Of a stretch of 64,000 nucleotides of DNA, positions 9,960 to 23,261 are shown piece by piece. The stretch comes from an uncultured Planctomycetota bacterium (lineage in GTDB: Bacteria > Planctomycetota > Planctomycetia > Isosphaerales > Isosphaeraceae), in the NCBI GenBank assembly GCA_963845755.1, contig CAWJTV010000024.1, forward strand, positions 128,001 through 192,000, given 5' to 3'. The notes beneath the pieces are model-generated. The model worked only from the letters and a program-made list of their open reading frames with translations, ran no database searches and was not told where the DNA came from. The translations under genes and the position numbers were made by a program. Numbering within the stretch: the stretch's first letter is position 1; every line of letters starts with the position of its first letter.

Positions 9960-11240
9960 CGGACCGATCATGGTCCCTTGTTGAGTCGATCCCTCGACGC
10001 CCAGGGACCTGGGTTCCCAGTCGCCTCGACACCCAGCCCGCTCGATCCCAGGATGCCCGGCAAACTTGCCGAGTCGGCACCAACATCTTGATGTTCCATG
10101 GTGCCTCGGTCCCTCGATCCCTGGATGCCCGGCTCGATGGGCATCGAGGCTTCTTGAGAGCTGGGAACCAGCAGGTCCAGTCTTCAGCATCACCTTGGTG
10201 CCACGGTCCCCAGAAACCAGGGAACCTTGTCTCATCCCGCGACGAGGTATCTTGGGACCACTGTCCCATCGTTATGAGAGGTTTCTGTGAACCCCGATTC
10301 ACTGGCATCCAGCGACCGAGGACTCCACGCCGGCAAGTTGTCGACGGGGACTCGGCACCTTCTCCTCATCGGCCACCTTGGTCCCTGTGCTTGATCGGTG
10401 GCTCGTCAACCCGTGATCAAGTCCGTCATCCCACCAACGTTCCGCATTCAGCATGGTCCCCAGTTCCGCGAGCTTCCCAGGTGCTCGGGACACCTCGATT
10501 GACGTCAGACGTTGGTGTTGACCTGCACCATGCACCAAGGTTCCATCGCGAACTCGAGACCTTGATGCCCTGGTAACCTGGATCCCCAGGGAATCGGGGT
10601 ACCTCTGGAAACTGGGAACCCCGTTGCTCGATATCGCTCGACCCGCTTGATTTCTGGACAGTCCAGGGGTCAACAAAGACGGGATCCTTGGTATCATCTC
10701 CGTCTATGCACCATGGGCCTCGAGGTCCCGCATGGGCCCGGGTACCTTGGTTTCAACCGGGCTTGATGCCGAGGCGGCTTTTGATCAAGATTTCAGGATG
10801 ACTATGGTGCATTGATCTTCAAGGCAACACGACGACCTTGGAACCATGCTTTCAATGGCCCCCATCGACCTCGACACCAGGGAACTGTTGGATCAAGGCC
10901 TCGAGTTTCCCGCTTCCCATGGCGTTACAGGCGGTCCAGGTGCCAACATCCCCGCAGGAACGAGCCGCCAACAGGGTCGATTGACCGTGAACTCTCGCGA
11001 TCCAGGTGCCTGTGCGCCCCGCTGGACCAAGGTCAATTGCGACCAGGGGAGCAACTTGCCTTGATGGCAGGGCCGCCGGGAATCCTTGATCCTTTAGGGA
11101 ACTGGGTCCCTTGAAGTCCGGGCGCAATCGAGAGGTTGCTCCTCAACCGGCCATGATTCCAGGTTGCTGCTTATCCCATGACGACCTGGCTCACTGGTAA
11201 ACTGGTGCGATAGACGCCTTGGAACCTTGGAGATCCAGGC
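9960..11240. repeat. About 1.3-kb degenerate 8-bp-periodic non-coding array (consensus roughly CCWWGGNN)
   Basis: In-register runs such as ccatggtg cctcggtc cctcgatc cctggatg (10096-10127), ccttggtg ccacggtc cccagaaa ccagggaa (10193-10224) and acgaggta tcttggga ccactgtc ccatcgtt (10242-10273), ending in ccttggaa ccttggag (11217-11232). No credible ORF. Confidence 0.7.
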
Positions 11241-11512
11241 TGAGCGAGCCGCGGGGAGCTCATCGCGGAATTCCGCCGGCATGGCAACGGAGAAAAACGC
11301 GGAGAGGGCAGGGGGGCGCATCCCCCTTTGCACGGAACTCGCCGCAACGCAGAGGTCGGGCCAGCCTGGGTCGAAGCCTCGCAGGCGGCCCGCCCGCCCG
11401 CCCGATCACACCCCGATCGGCGGTCCCTCCGGCAGTCGCGAGTCGCGAGAGCAAGGAAGCCATCTTTGGTTTCGGCTGGCGACTCGGCGCTGGCGACTCA
11501 TCAGGATGTCCC

Positions 11513-11571
11513 AAAAAGGGGAAAAAAAATCGAGTGCGCTCTTGACATGAGTGATTCCTCGTATGCATGAT
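11513..11571 (+). promoter_or_regulatory. Sigma70-type promoter candidate for the giant surface protein gene
   Basis: A-tract upstream, TTGACA 11542-11547, 18-bp spacer, CATGAT 11566-11571. Confidence 0.45.
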
Positions 11572-11852
11572 GGCAAGGAATTGTGCAGTCATGCGATCTG
11601 CCCGATGGTTTCTAGGGATTGCGAAGACCAGGCAAACTCGACAGGAAATGGCGAAGTTTCCAGACGGACTGAAAACCGGCGGTCTCGGGACGAGAAATTT
11701 GACACCGCCACGTTGAGCCTGCATGTTTTGTCGATTCCTTGAACCTTACCTGGCCTCGGCGTTTAACGCAGGCCGCACAATCGGAATCCCCGCCGCAGGT
11801 GTTTCGCGGTGCTTTGATAGAGGCGACCAAGGCGAGAGTGGGAGGAACGGTC

Positions 11853-14800
11853 ATGGGTATGGGAGCGTGGGGCGGCCGGCTTCGAGGGCACCGAGGTCGG
11901 ATTCAGCCGAAGTCGCGGCTCAAGGAGGCCCGGAAGGCGCAGGCGCGATGGGGCGAGCTGGAGAGTCTGGAGCAGCGAACGCTCCTGGCCACAATCCCGG
12001 GGGCGACGGTCAGTCCGACCGCGTCCGGCCCCCAGAACATCTCGAACCTGTTCGGCAATGCCGGCGGCATGAACGCCAGCGAGAGCAGCGCGCTGGTGGC
12101 GGTGGATCCGGCCAATCCGACGAAGCTGGTGGCGGTCTGGATCGACAATGATCCGTCGGAGCTGCCCCTCACGAACAACTACATCCAGGTGGTGCTGGAG
12201 GGGGCGTATTCGGTCAACGGCGGCCAGAGCTGGCTCCCGTTCCTGGGCGAGCCGACCAACGGGTCTGGCATTCCCGTCGCCCCCTTGCTGTTCGACCCCA
12301 CGACCTCCGGGCCGACCCACCCCTACCAGTACCAGACGGATCCCAGCCTGGGATTCGACGACAGCGGTAACTTCTACATCCTCGACGAGTATCACAGTGC
12401 CGCCACGGCCGGCGCGTCGGGCAGCGGCGCAATCGCGCTCCAGAAGTTCACCTTCACCGGATCCACGCCTTCGGCAGACGCGTTCTCCGGTAACGATCAG
12501 ACTCCGAATCCTTACGGGTTTGGTGGCTTCGGGGGGGGGACCGCCGACCTGAAGGTCCTCTACCAGTGGGACTCGACATCCGATGACCTGGCGATCGAGC
12601 CGACGATGACGGTGGATGACAATGTGGCGACCGCTCCCACCGGCGTGACGACGCAGCCGGATGCGTTCAGCGGCGACGTCTACGTCGCGTGGACGAGCGT
12701 CAACCACAACACGGCGATTCCGATCGTGGATTTCAACCCCAACCGGATCAAGCTGGAGGTCTCCTCGGACGGCGGGAACAATTTCAGCCCGCTGACGATC
12801 ACGGGGAACGGGAACTTCCTGGACGACTTCCTCGTGCCGAATGAGAAGGATTCGACCCCGGCGATCACGGTCGCCCAGGGGCGGCTGCCCAACGAGAGCG
12901 GCCAGTCCGGCGATGCGGGGATCCCCGGCGGCCAGGTCGCGATCACCTTCGACGACTTCGGCAACAACCAGATCGTGGCCAACACGGTGTCTGCCGGCCG
13001 CGATTACTCGTACGGCGGCGAATCCGGGCTCATCCCGTTCGGGACCTACCTCACGGGAGGCACCGCGTTCGGGCTGCAGACGCCGGTCTCGATCCCCAAC
13101 ACCACCGACCTGAATAGTCTCGAGGTCACGGTCAACATCGTCAACTCCAGCGATGCGGACCTGGGGCTCTACCTGGAAGCTCCCAGCGGCGACCTGTTCG
13201 AGCTGGTCGACAACCAGACCATCGACACCAGTCCCACGGCGAGCACGAGCATCACCAGCGAGGGATTCAGCGGCGGCAACGTCGGGGTCGTCACTTACAC
13301 CAACAACAACATCGCCAGTTACGCGATGGGGACGACGTTCGCCGACACCGCGACGCGCGACATCTTCGACCCCACCACCAGCGGCACGAACGGGAATACC
13401 GCGCCGTACATCGGCCAGTACGCGCCGGAGTTTGGCGGGACCCAGCCGCCGGGCGTGAGGGCCACCTCGGGGTCGCTCGACGGGTTCCTCCAGCAGGAAT
13501 TGGCCAAGGGCATCAACGGCACGTGGAAACTGGTGACCTTCGACTCCAACACCAGCGCACCGTCCAGCCCGAATTTCATCATCAACTGGTCGCTGACCTT
13601 CGGCCGGGGGCTGTCGCCGGACGTCCGCACCCTCGTTCCCGCCACTAAAGGGCTGGTGGTCGCCGGCTCGGTCACGGCCTCGGGCACGGTCACGGAGCCG
13701 TCCTCGCCGGTCGCCATCGGCCCCGGCGTGGTCATGACCGAGGACAACACGCTGGGCCAGAACAGCCCCTTCGAGGGGCGGATCTACGTCGCGTTCGTCG
13801 GCTATTACAACGTCAAGATCGACGGCTTCCAGAACCCCGCGAGCAACACCGACATCTTCCTGAGCTATTCCGATGACGATGGCCGGAGCTGGAGCGAGCC
13901 GGTCCAGGTCAACGACGACAATGGGCAGTCCGACGGCAACTCCGGGTCGAGCGAGATCAATCCCTTCGACCAGGTGAGCGGCCACAGCCAGTACGATCCG
14001 CAGCTCGCCGTGGACCCGACGACCGGGACGCTGGTGATCTCCTGGCGCGACGCCCGCAACGATCCCGCGAACGTCCTGACGTCAACCTACATCACCGCCA
14101 GTATCGACGGTGGCAACACGTTCAACGCCCAGGTCTACGCCAACCCGCAGTTAACCGCGATCGACGCCATCACCGGCAAGACCGACGTCCTGGGGCCGGA
14201 GGGCGACAACGCAACGGCGACGGACAACAGCGTGAATGCCACCTACGGCTTCGGCACCGTGATGGGGCTGGCCGTCTACGCCGGCCAGGTCTATCCGCTC
14301 TGGGCCGGCAACTTCGACGAGGCCACGATCGTCAATAGTGCCGCGGCCGGCAATGCCCTGTCGGCCATGTTCCAGCCGATGGTCATCGCCGCCGGCCCGC
14401 GGATCGTCAACAGCACCATGGGGCCGATCCCGCTGTCGGAGGCCAAGAGCGGCCAGGTCAGCTTCACCGTCACGTTCGACCGGCCGATCAATCCGCCGGG
14501 CATCGCCGCATCCTTCACCACGTCCGACATCCAGGTCTTCTACCACGATACCACCAACGGCGACGCCTCCATCCCGCTCGATGTGCTCAGCATCTCGCCG
14601 GTGATCTCCAGCGGCGTCGGGCCGGGGAACAAGTTCGGCTACACCGAGTTCACGGTCGTCTTCGACCCCGCCAAGGTGACCGGCGGCGGCGCCAGCGGCA
14701 TCGCGAATTACACGGGCACCTACAGCTACATGATCACGCCCGACGACGAAGCGGGCGACCCGATCGTGTCGGCGATCCCCTCGTTCGTCATCACCGACGT

Positions 14801-17800
14801 CACCCAGCAGCCCGTCGGCCCCGACTCGTCGGGAACCGTGGATCTGCGGCTCCCCAGCTCGGGCACGGGCGGGTCGAACACCTCCGACGATATCACGACC
14901 TCGACGATCAACGTCGCGGGCTTCGCCAACCAGATCATCACGGGGGTCACGGTCAACCTGACGCTGACGCATCAGAACGACAGCGACCTGGAGATCACCC
15001 TGACGGCGCCCGACGGCCAGGCGAACACCTTCTACACGGGCACGTTCAACGGCCCGGTGACGTTCAACAACCAGGCGTTCAACGTCAACGGCCTGGCGGG
15101 CAGTCGGGTCGGCGGCACCTACACGCTGACCATCGACGATACGGCGTCCAACAACACCGGCACGCTGGATAGCTGGACGGTCACCATCGACTCGACGCTG
15201 CCGACCTACGGGTTGGTGGCCGGCGCCCCGATGGACCAGAACGCCGACGGCACGGCCGACCAGAACCCGCTCACGATCCCGTTCACCGGGCTGACCCCGG
15301 GCGACGTCTACGCGGCGCCCGCCCCGGCCCCGACCAAGAAGGTCACCTTCTCGAACGCCGCGAGCATCCTCAACCCGCCGTTCAACCAGAACACCCTGCC
15401 GCTGAGCGTCCCCGGTCCGCAGATCCTGTCCACCACCGTCGTCGGCACTTCGGGGCAGACCACCAGCGGCGCGTACGGCAGCGCCAACCTGGTGACCGAC
15501 GATACGACCAGCAAGATGCAGGTGACCTTCGACCGGCCGATGCTGGTCAACGCCGCCGGCGCCGGCCAGACGCCCACTCCCGGCTCGTTCAACCCCGGCC
15601 AGGTCCTGTCGATCATGGGCCCGTTGGGCTCGATCCTGGCGCCGCAGAGCTTCGCCTCCAGCTCGGCGGACCAGCAGGTCAACGCCGCGACCTCGCCCAC
15701 CGCCCCCGGCACCCTCAACTCGTCGCTGACGATCAATTCCGGCGGGACCCTCCAGATCGCCGACATCACCGTGGACCTGAGCATCGCGACCACCGCGGAT
15801 TCCGCGCTCACGGCGGTCCTGGTCGCGCCGAACGGGACGACGATCCCGCTGTTCTCGGGCGTGGGCGGCGGCGCCGGCCAGAACTTCATCAACACCGTCT
15901 TCGACGACTCGGCGCCGACGGCCATCAATACGGGGACGGCCCCGTTCACGGGGAGCTACACGCCCGAGTACACCCTCAACTCGGCCACGCTCACCAGCCT
16001 GAAAGGCATGGTCGCCGACGGCACCTGGCAGCTCAAGCTCACCAACACCAACACCGGGGTCACCGCCACGCTCGACACCTGGTCGTTGAACATCACGCCG
16101 CAGGTCACGGTCGCGCCGGTGGCCGCGACCGAGAGCACGATCAACGGGAAGAAGTACGCCACCGAGTTCACCATCGCCTTCCCGCAGCAGCAGCTCAGCG
16201 GTACCTACACCATCCAGCTCGGCCCGAACATCCAGGACCAGTACGGCGACCAGATGGACGTCAATCAGGACGCGGGCCTCGACGTGCTCCGCGGCCAGAG
16301 CCAGAATGGCCCGACGGCCACGGTCTCGTACGTCGCCTCCGATCTGCCCAAGACGGTCTCCAAGGCGTCGACCAGCTCATCGGGCACGGCCGTCGACGGG
16401 CAGGTCGCATCGAGCATCGTCGTGCCCGACAGCTTCGTCATCCAGGGGGATGCGACCTCGTCCCAGATCAGCGGGATGCAGCTCCAGCTCAACATCTCCT
16501 TCGCGAACGATCCCTCCCTCACGGCCACGCTCTACCATTACGACGCCCAGGGCGACCTGATCGGCCAGGCGACGCTGTTCAACGGCGTGGGGACCGGCAC
16601 CAATACGGCGGGTTTCGCCAATACCATCTTCGACGACAACGCGCCCACGCCGATCCAGGAAGGTAGCGCACCGTTCGCCTTCAGCTACAACCCCCAGCAG
16701 TCGCTGGCCACGGCCTTCGCCGGCATGAACGCCCAGGGGACCTGGACGCTGGTCGTTCAGAACGCGTCGAATTCGGTCACGGGCACGGTCAATAACTGGT
16801 CGCTGAGCTTCCAGAAGCCGCTGCCGACCAGCGGGCTGGGCGAGCCGGGCAGCGACGACGCCAGCCTCGGCTTCCGCATCTTCACCCTGAGCCCGACCAG
16901 CGCCCTGTCGAGCCAGGCCTGGACGGCGGTCGGCGGCGCCTCCAGCACCGTCGAGGCCGGCCAGGTGAACGCCATTGCGGTGGACCCGTCCGACCCGTCC
17001 GGAAACACCGTCTACGTCGGCGGTGCCTCCGGCGGCATCTGGAAGACCACCGACTTCCTCACCACCAACCCCGCCGGGCCGACCTGGATCCCCTGACCAA
17101 CTTCGGTCCCAACGCCGCCATCAACATCGCCAGCATCACCGTCTTCCCCAGGAACGCCGACCCCAATCAGTCGATCATCATCGCCGCCACCGGCGGCAAT
17201 ACCAGCGGCCAGTACGCCTCGGACGCGCCCGGCGTCGGCTTCCTGATCTCCTCCGACGGGGGTGCCACCTGGAAGCTGGACGACAGCACGAACAACGTCG
17301 ACTCCAGCGGCAACCCGCTGCCCATCAACTCCACCAGTCGCGATCGCAAGTTCGTCGGCACCACGGCGTACCAGGTCACCGTCGACCCCCAGCTCACCCC
17401 CAACGGCGGCGTGATCATCTATGCCGCCTTGAGCGGGACCAACGGCGGCATCTGGCGGAGCGAGGACACGGGCCAGACCTGGACGCAGGTGCTGACCGGC
17501 AACGCGACCGCCGTCGTCCTGGACCAGGACAGCGGCCTCGCCCTCGACACGCTCACCCAGACCGAGGTCGAGGGGAACCTCCAGATCGTCTACGCCGGGA
17601 TCGAGGGCCAGGGCGTCTTCATCAGCACCAACCAGGGCCAGAGCTGGACCCTGATGGCCGGCGGCGTTGGCAATCCGCTGATCATCAACCTTTACAACGG
17701 GAAGAACGTCAACCCGGCCACCAACCCGACCCCCAACGGTGCCAACGGCCGGATCGTCCTGGCCGTCCCGTCGTTGACCGGCAATACCGCGGAGGACGAG

Positions 17801-20800
17801 ACCTACGCGGGCTGGCTCTACGCGGGGGTCGCCACCGCCGGCGGCGGATTTGACGGCCTGTTCGTCACCAAGGACTTCGGCGAGAACTGGACCCAGATCG
17901 AGATCCCCAGCTTCGCTCCGATCACCAACGGCGGCGTGTACAACCAGGCCGTCCCGACCCAGCTCGGCGACGTGAACGCCCCTCCGGGCGGCACGCCCAA
18001 TTACGCGATCACCGACGATGGCGAAGGCAACCTGGACTTCAGCCTGACCATCGATCCGACCGATCCCAGCGTCACCTACCTGGGAGGCTTCGGCGGCGAC
18101 GGGTACAACAGCGACAGTGGGCTGATCCGCATCGACTCCACCAATCTCCAGGATGCCCACTCGCTGGTATCGCCCCTCGACCAGACTCCGGGCCACGGCG
18201 TGGACATCGGCACGACCGGGGCGACCACGTTCAATACCGTCCTGAATCAGCCGTTGATCTTCCCCCCGCCGAACTTCAACTTCGACTCCAACCCCTACCT
18301 GAACCTGATCCGCAACCCGAACGAGCCGTTCCTGAACGATGCGACCATCGAGGTCAACAATTACAACACCTTCACCAACACCGGCGGCGGCGCCACCTGG
18401 ACGCCGTTCGACGTCCCCATAACCTCCGTGTTCGTCGCGCCGGGGTCGAATAACGAAATCTCCGGGACGGGCTACCAGATCGCCATCTCCGAGGTCAACC
18501 CGACGACCGGGCTGCCACGACTGCTCTTCGGCAGCAATACCGGGATCTACAGCGTCCTGGACAACAAGGGGACGTTCGAGACCACCATCGGCAGCTCGGA
18601 TGCGACGCCCGCGGTCAATCGCAACGGCAACCTCCAGCTCGCCCAGTTCTATTACGGCGCGGCCGAGCCGAGCAGCGCGGCCGCCCAGGCCGCCGGCGCC
18701 CTCTTCTACGCCGGCGCCCAGAACATCGGCGGCCAGGCTTCGGACGCGCTCGAGGTGGGCGACGGCAATATCCAGTGGAGCACCATCGGCCTGGGCGTTC
18801 CCGGTTACAGCGCGGACGCCGCTTTGGACCCGCTGGGCGGCACCTTCTGGATCGCCTCCGGCACCGCGGTCGACGAGCAAGGGAGCGGCGACGCCTTCCA
18901 GTACTATTCGCCCGGCCAGGGGGGCGACTCTACCGATTTCGTCATGGTCAACGGCATCAGCCGGACCTTCGGGCTGCTCCAGGCCAGCAATGGCCTGCCC
19001 GCCCCCGATCCGCAGTGGACGATCACCGGCGATGAGAGTGCCCCCACGAGCTGGGCGAACCTCATCGTCAACCCGGTCAACGACCAGGACATGCTCGTCA
19101 GCTCGAGCACCGGCAACGTCTTCGAAACGACGAACCAGGGCAATACCTGGTTCCCCCTCGGCACCCCGGCAACCTTCGGGCTGCCGACGACGGCGACCGG
19201 CGCCCACTTCAATACCAGTTTCGCCCTGGCCTATGGCGCCCCCGACCCCCAGGCTCCGGAGGGCGTCGGCAACCTCGGCAACTTCATCTACGTCGGCACC
19301 TCGCCGAACAGCGCGGGCACCGCGGGCCAGATCTACGTCACGCAGAATGCCGGCGGCAACTGGACGAACATCTCCACGGGCCTCGACGGTTCCCGCATCC
19401 AGGAAATCATCACCGACCCCGCCCGGGGCAGCCACGACGCCTACGCCGTCACCGCCCAGGGCGTCTATTACCTGGCCAACTCGATCACCTCGGCCACCAA
19501 TCCCACTCCGACCTGGGTCAACATCACCGGCAACCTCAAGACCCTGGCCTACACCATCTTCGGCCAGAGCTACAATCCGGCGACCGACACGAACGCCACG
19601 ACATATGACCTGGCGACGGTCCTCAACTCGATCGCGGCCAACTGGAATTACGCCATCCCCAATAATCCGCAGGCGCTCAGCCAGGGATACCATCCGGTCC
19701 TCTACGTCGCCGCCAACTCGGGCGTCTACATGTCCATCGACAACGGGACGACCTGGAGCCTCTACCCCAGCACGACCTTCGGCGCGGTGGCCAATGGCGG
19801 TTATCTGCCGGACGTCAGCGTCACCGACCTGAGCCTCTCGCAGGGCAACGTCGCCGTGGCCACGGGGATGCCCAACCTGGGCGGCCCCTACAACCCGGAG
19901 GATCCTAGTTCCACGGCCGACCCCGACCTCTTGATGGCCTCCACTTACGGCCAGGGTGCCTTCGCCATCAACCTGGCCCCGATGCTGTTCAACACCCCCA
20001 CCAACCCGGTGCAGGTCAACTCGAGCGATACGGGGGGGACCACCGCCAACGGCACCACGATCGTCAACACCTCCTCGCCCATCATCGACGGCTCCAGCGA
20101 GACCTCCGGATTCGGCAACGCCACCTGGGTCTCGATCGTGGACGAGACGCCGGGCGACACGACCAAGGGCCAGATCATCGGCGGGTTCAACCCCCAGACG
20201 ACCGTGCTCGGCAAGGCGAACTCGGCCAATGCGACCAACTCGACCGACTCCTTCGGCAACTTCAAGATCCCGGTCTCGACCGCGTTCAACTCGAACGGCC
20301 TGAAGACGGTCGAGGTCTACACCACCGACGATGCGGGGGCCGAGAGCACCAAGGTCACCCTCACCTTCATGGTCCAGGCGACCAACATCATCCCGCCTCC
20401 GCCGACGACGCCTCCGCCGTCGCCCACGCTGGCGCTCTCGCCGTCCTTGTCCCTGGTCGGCGGGGTCCCGATCACCAGCAACACGTCCCCGACGTTGACC
20501 GGCACGACCATCCTCGGGACGTTCGTCACGATCACCGAGACCTACGAGAACGGCACCACCAACCCCACCATGACGTTCGTCGTGCCGTCCTCGGATATCA
20601 ACACCGACGGCTCGTTCAGCTTCACCTTCGAGGATTTCACGGACACGAACGGTAACCCGCTCGAGAACGGGAACTTCGAGGTCTCCGCCACGGCGACGTA
20701 TTCGGTCGATCCCCATCATGTCGGCGCATCCGCCCCGAGCAACACCTTCACCGGCACGCTGACCAGCGGATCGGCGAGCGTCACCGGCGTCAGCAGCACG

Positions 20801-23062
20801 GCGGGCCTGGCCCCCGGGGATGTGGTCACCGGGACCGGCATCCCGTCCGGGACCACGATCCTGTCCGTCAACAGCCTGACCTCCACCGTCACGCTCTCGG
20901 CCAATGCCACGACCACCGGCTCGGAGAATCTCCTGGCCGCGGTCTTCTTCGAGATCGACAACACGAAGCCGACTCCGGTGACCAACCTCCACCTGAACCC
21001 GGCCGACGATACCGGGATCGTGGGGGACAACGTCACCACCGACCGGACGCCCCAATTCATCGGGACGGCCCCGGCCGGCGACATCATCGAGCTGTTCGTC
21101 TCCAACCAGGCCGGCATCCAGAACACCGCGGTCGCCTCCGCCTCGACCACGAATAACTTCGCGATCGCGTTGCCTCACAGCCTGAGCGAGGGCCAGACCA
21201 CGGTGTACGTCGAAGTGGTCGATCCGGCCGGGAACGTCTCCCAGGCCAGCAATGACCTGACCGTGGCGATCACCTCGACCCCGGTCGACTACATCGCCTC
21301 CACGACCGCCGATCCCACGGGTGGCAGCACGTCCGACCCGGCGCTGTTCACCCGCAACACGACGACCGGCCAGCTCCAGTGGCTGGTGCAGACCCCGACG
21401 GGGGCAACCCCGCCCTGGTTCGGCGCCAGCGGCACCCTCACCTCCGCGGGACCCGGCACGGTCCAGGTCGTCCCGTTCTACGGCGACTTCGACGCCGATG
21501 GGCTGACCGACCTGGCCTATTACAACACCAGTACCGCGACCTGGACGATCGACGAGTCGTCGAGGTACCAGCCCTTCACGTTCACCGGCACCCTGACGAG
21601 CGGATCGGCGACGGTGACCGGCATCAGCAGTACAACGGGCCTGACGATCGGCCAGGACCTCGCCGGCACCGGCATCCCGGCCGGGACCACGATCCTGAGC
21701 GTCAACCCCCTGACCAACACCATCACGCTCTCGGCGAGCGCGACGGCCAGCGGCTCCAATAACCTCACCGCCACCGAGCCCCCCGTCTCGTTCACGATAG
21801 GCACCCCGAATTCGAGCGTCCCCGTGGTGGGCAACTTCGACACCAACGGCCCGACCGAGACCGCCGTGTTCACGATCAACGGCCAGGGTCAAGGCGTCTG
21901 GACCATCAACAGCGCCCTCACGGGCACCTACACTGTGGCCTTCGGCCAGGCCGGCGACATCCCCGTGCCCGGCGACTACGACGCGATCGGTCACGACGAG
22001 GTCGCGGTCTATCGGCCCAGTACCGGCCAGTTCCTGGTGCTCAACCCCGTCACCAACACCACCGAGACCCTCAGTATTCCCGGGATCAGCACCGGAGTGT
22101 CCGGCTCTTCGTCGTCGCCGGACCTCAGCAGCCTCGTTCCCGTCCCCGGCCAGTACGACAATCTGGCCTATTACAACGCATCGGCCCTGCAGGGCCAGCA
22201 TGTGCCGATCTTCGGGCACACCGAAGCGGCCGTGTTCGACCCCAAGACCGGGGTGTTCACCATCCTCGGGCCCGCCGGCGACCACAGCACCAGTGGCGTG
22301 TACACGGTCTCCGGGTTCCAGACCGGCGTCATCCCGGCCGTGGCCGACTACCTGGGCACCGGCGAGGACCAGGTGGTCGCCTACCAGCCGAGAACGGGTC
22401 AATTCATCGAGGGAACCGTCGGCTCCAATGGACAGACGACGCTGACGACCCTCGCCACGCTGGGTCAGTCGGGCGACATCCCCGTGATCGCCCCGCTCTC
22501 CTATCGGCTGCCCGCCAATGGCATCGGCGGCTCGTCGGGCACCGGCTCGTCGGGCACCGGCTCCAGCGGCGGTGGCTCGACCAGCGGCGGCGGCTCGACC
22601 AGCGGCGGTGGCTCGACCAGCGGCGGTGGCTCGACCAGCGGCGGCGGCTCGACCAGCGGCGGCGGCTCGACCAGCGGCGGTGGCTCGACCAGCGGCGGCG
22701 GCTCGACCAGCGGCGGCGGCTCGACCAGCGGCGGCGGCTCGACGTCATCGGGGCAGAGCACGCCCACACCCGCTGCCGCGCCCACTCCCGTGTCTGCCTC
22801 GAAGCACCACAAGAAGGTGGTGACGAAGAAGGCACACCCGAAGCATCCGGTCAAGCCCAAGAAGGTCGTGAAGCCCCATGCGAAGAAGGAGGCGCACCCT
22901 GTCAAGAAGGTGCACGTGGCTCCGACCGTGAAGCACAAGGCCGTCAAGCCTGCGGCCGTGACCGACGGCCAGGCGTCGCAACGGGCCCATGTGGTGGATC
23001 TGGCCCTGCAGGACGTCCACGTGAATCTACGCCGGTCGCACTCGAAGCATCACGGCGAGTGA
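11853..23062 (+). CDS. Giant secreted surface protein (about 3,736 aa; -1 frameshift near 17092): LEPRxLL signal, Asp-box propellers, four proprotein-convertase P-domains, Ig-like domains, FG-GAP-like repeats, GS linker, K/H-rich tail
   Basis: ATG 11853 with GGAGG. LESLEQRTLLA signal. Asp boxes SSDGGNNF, SDDDGRSW, SIDGGNTF, SEDTGQTW. P-domain ends GTW.L...W.L.F. GDFDADGLTDLA / GDYDAIGHDEVA repeats. Adding one C at TGGATCCCCTG (WIPLTNF) joins ORFs 11739-17096 and 17411-23062. Confidence 0.85.
22565..22744 (+). repeat. 18-bp tandem repeat x10 (AGCGGCGGYGGCTCGACC) encoding a (SGGGST)10 linker
   Basis: Directly visible in the sequence. Confidence 0.95.
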
Positions 23063-23261
23063 GCCGAAGCCGGTGGAGGCCCGCGGGGGACCGGAACAGA
23101 GAACCCGCGGGCCCCCCGGCCGGGCATCAGGGCAGGGGGGGCGCCGCTCACCAAACGGCTTGCGAGGGCCGAAGACCTCGCGATAGAATCCGCTGACGGA
23201 TACATTGGTTAACGATGACCCATGATTCGGGGACGACGCACATGGCCGGTTTCGAGCCCGG

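Noticed and set aside
8992..11240. CRISPR array
   Set aside because: Units are 8 bp and contiguous, with no 25-45 bp repeats separated by unique spacers, and no cas genes.
9950..11730. Short ORFs upstream of parA (e.g. 10088-10576, 10299-10697, 10846-11064)
   Set aside because: No recognisable motifs or codon bias. They overlap the periodic array and look like chance ORFs.
23078..23120. Intrinsic terminator after the giant gene
   Set aside because: A GC-rich inverted repeat is present but has a long loop and no U-tract, so support is too weak.
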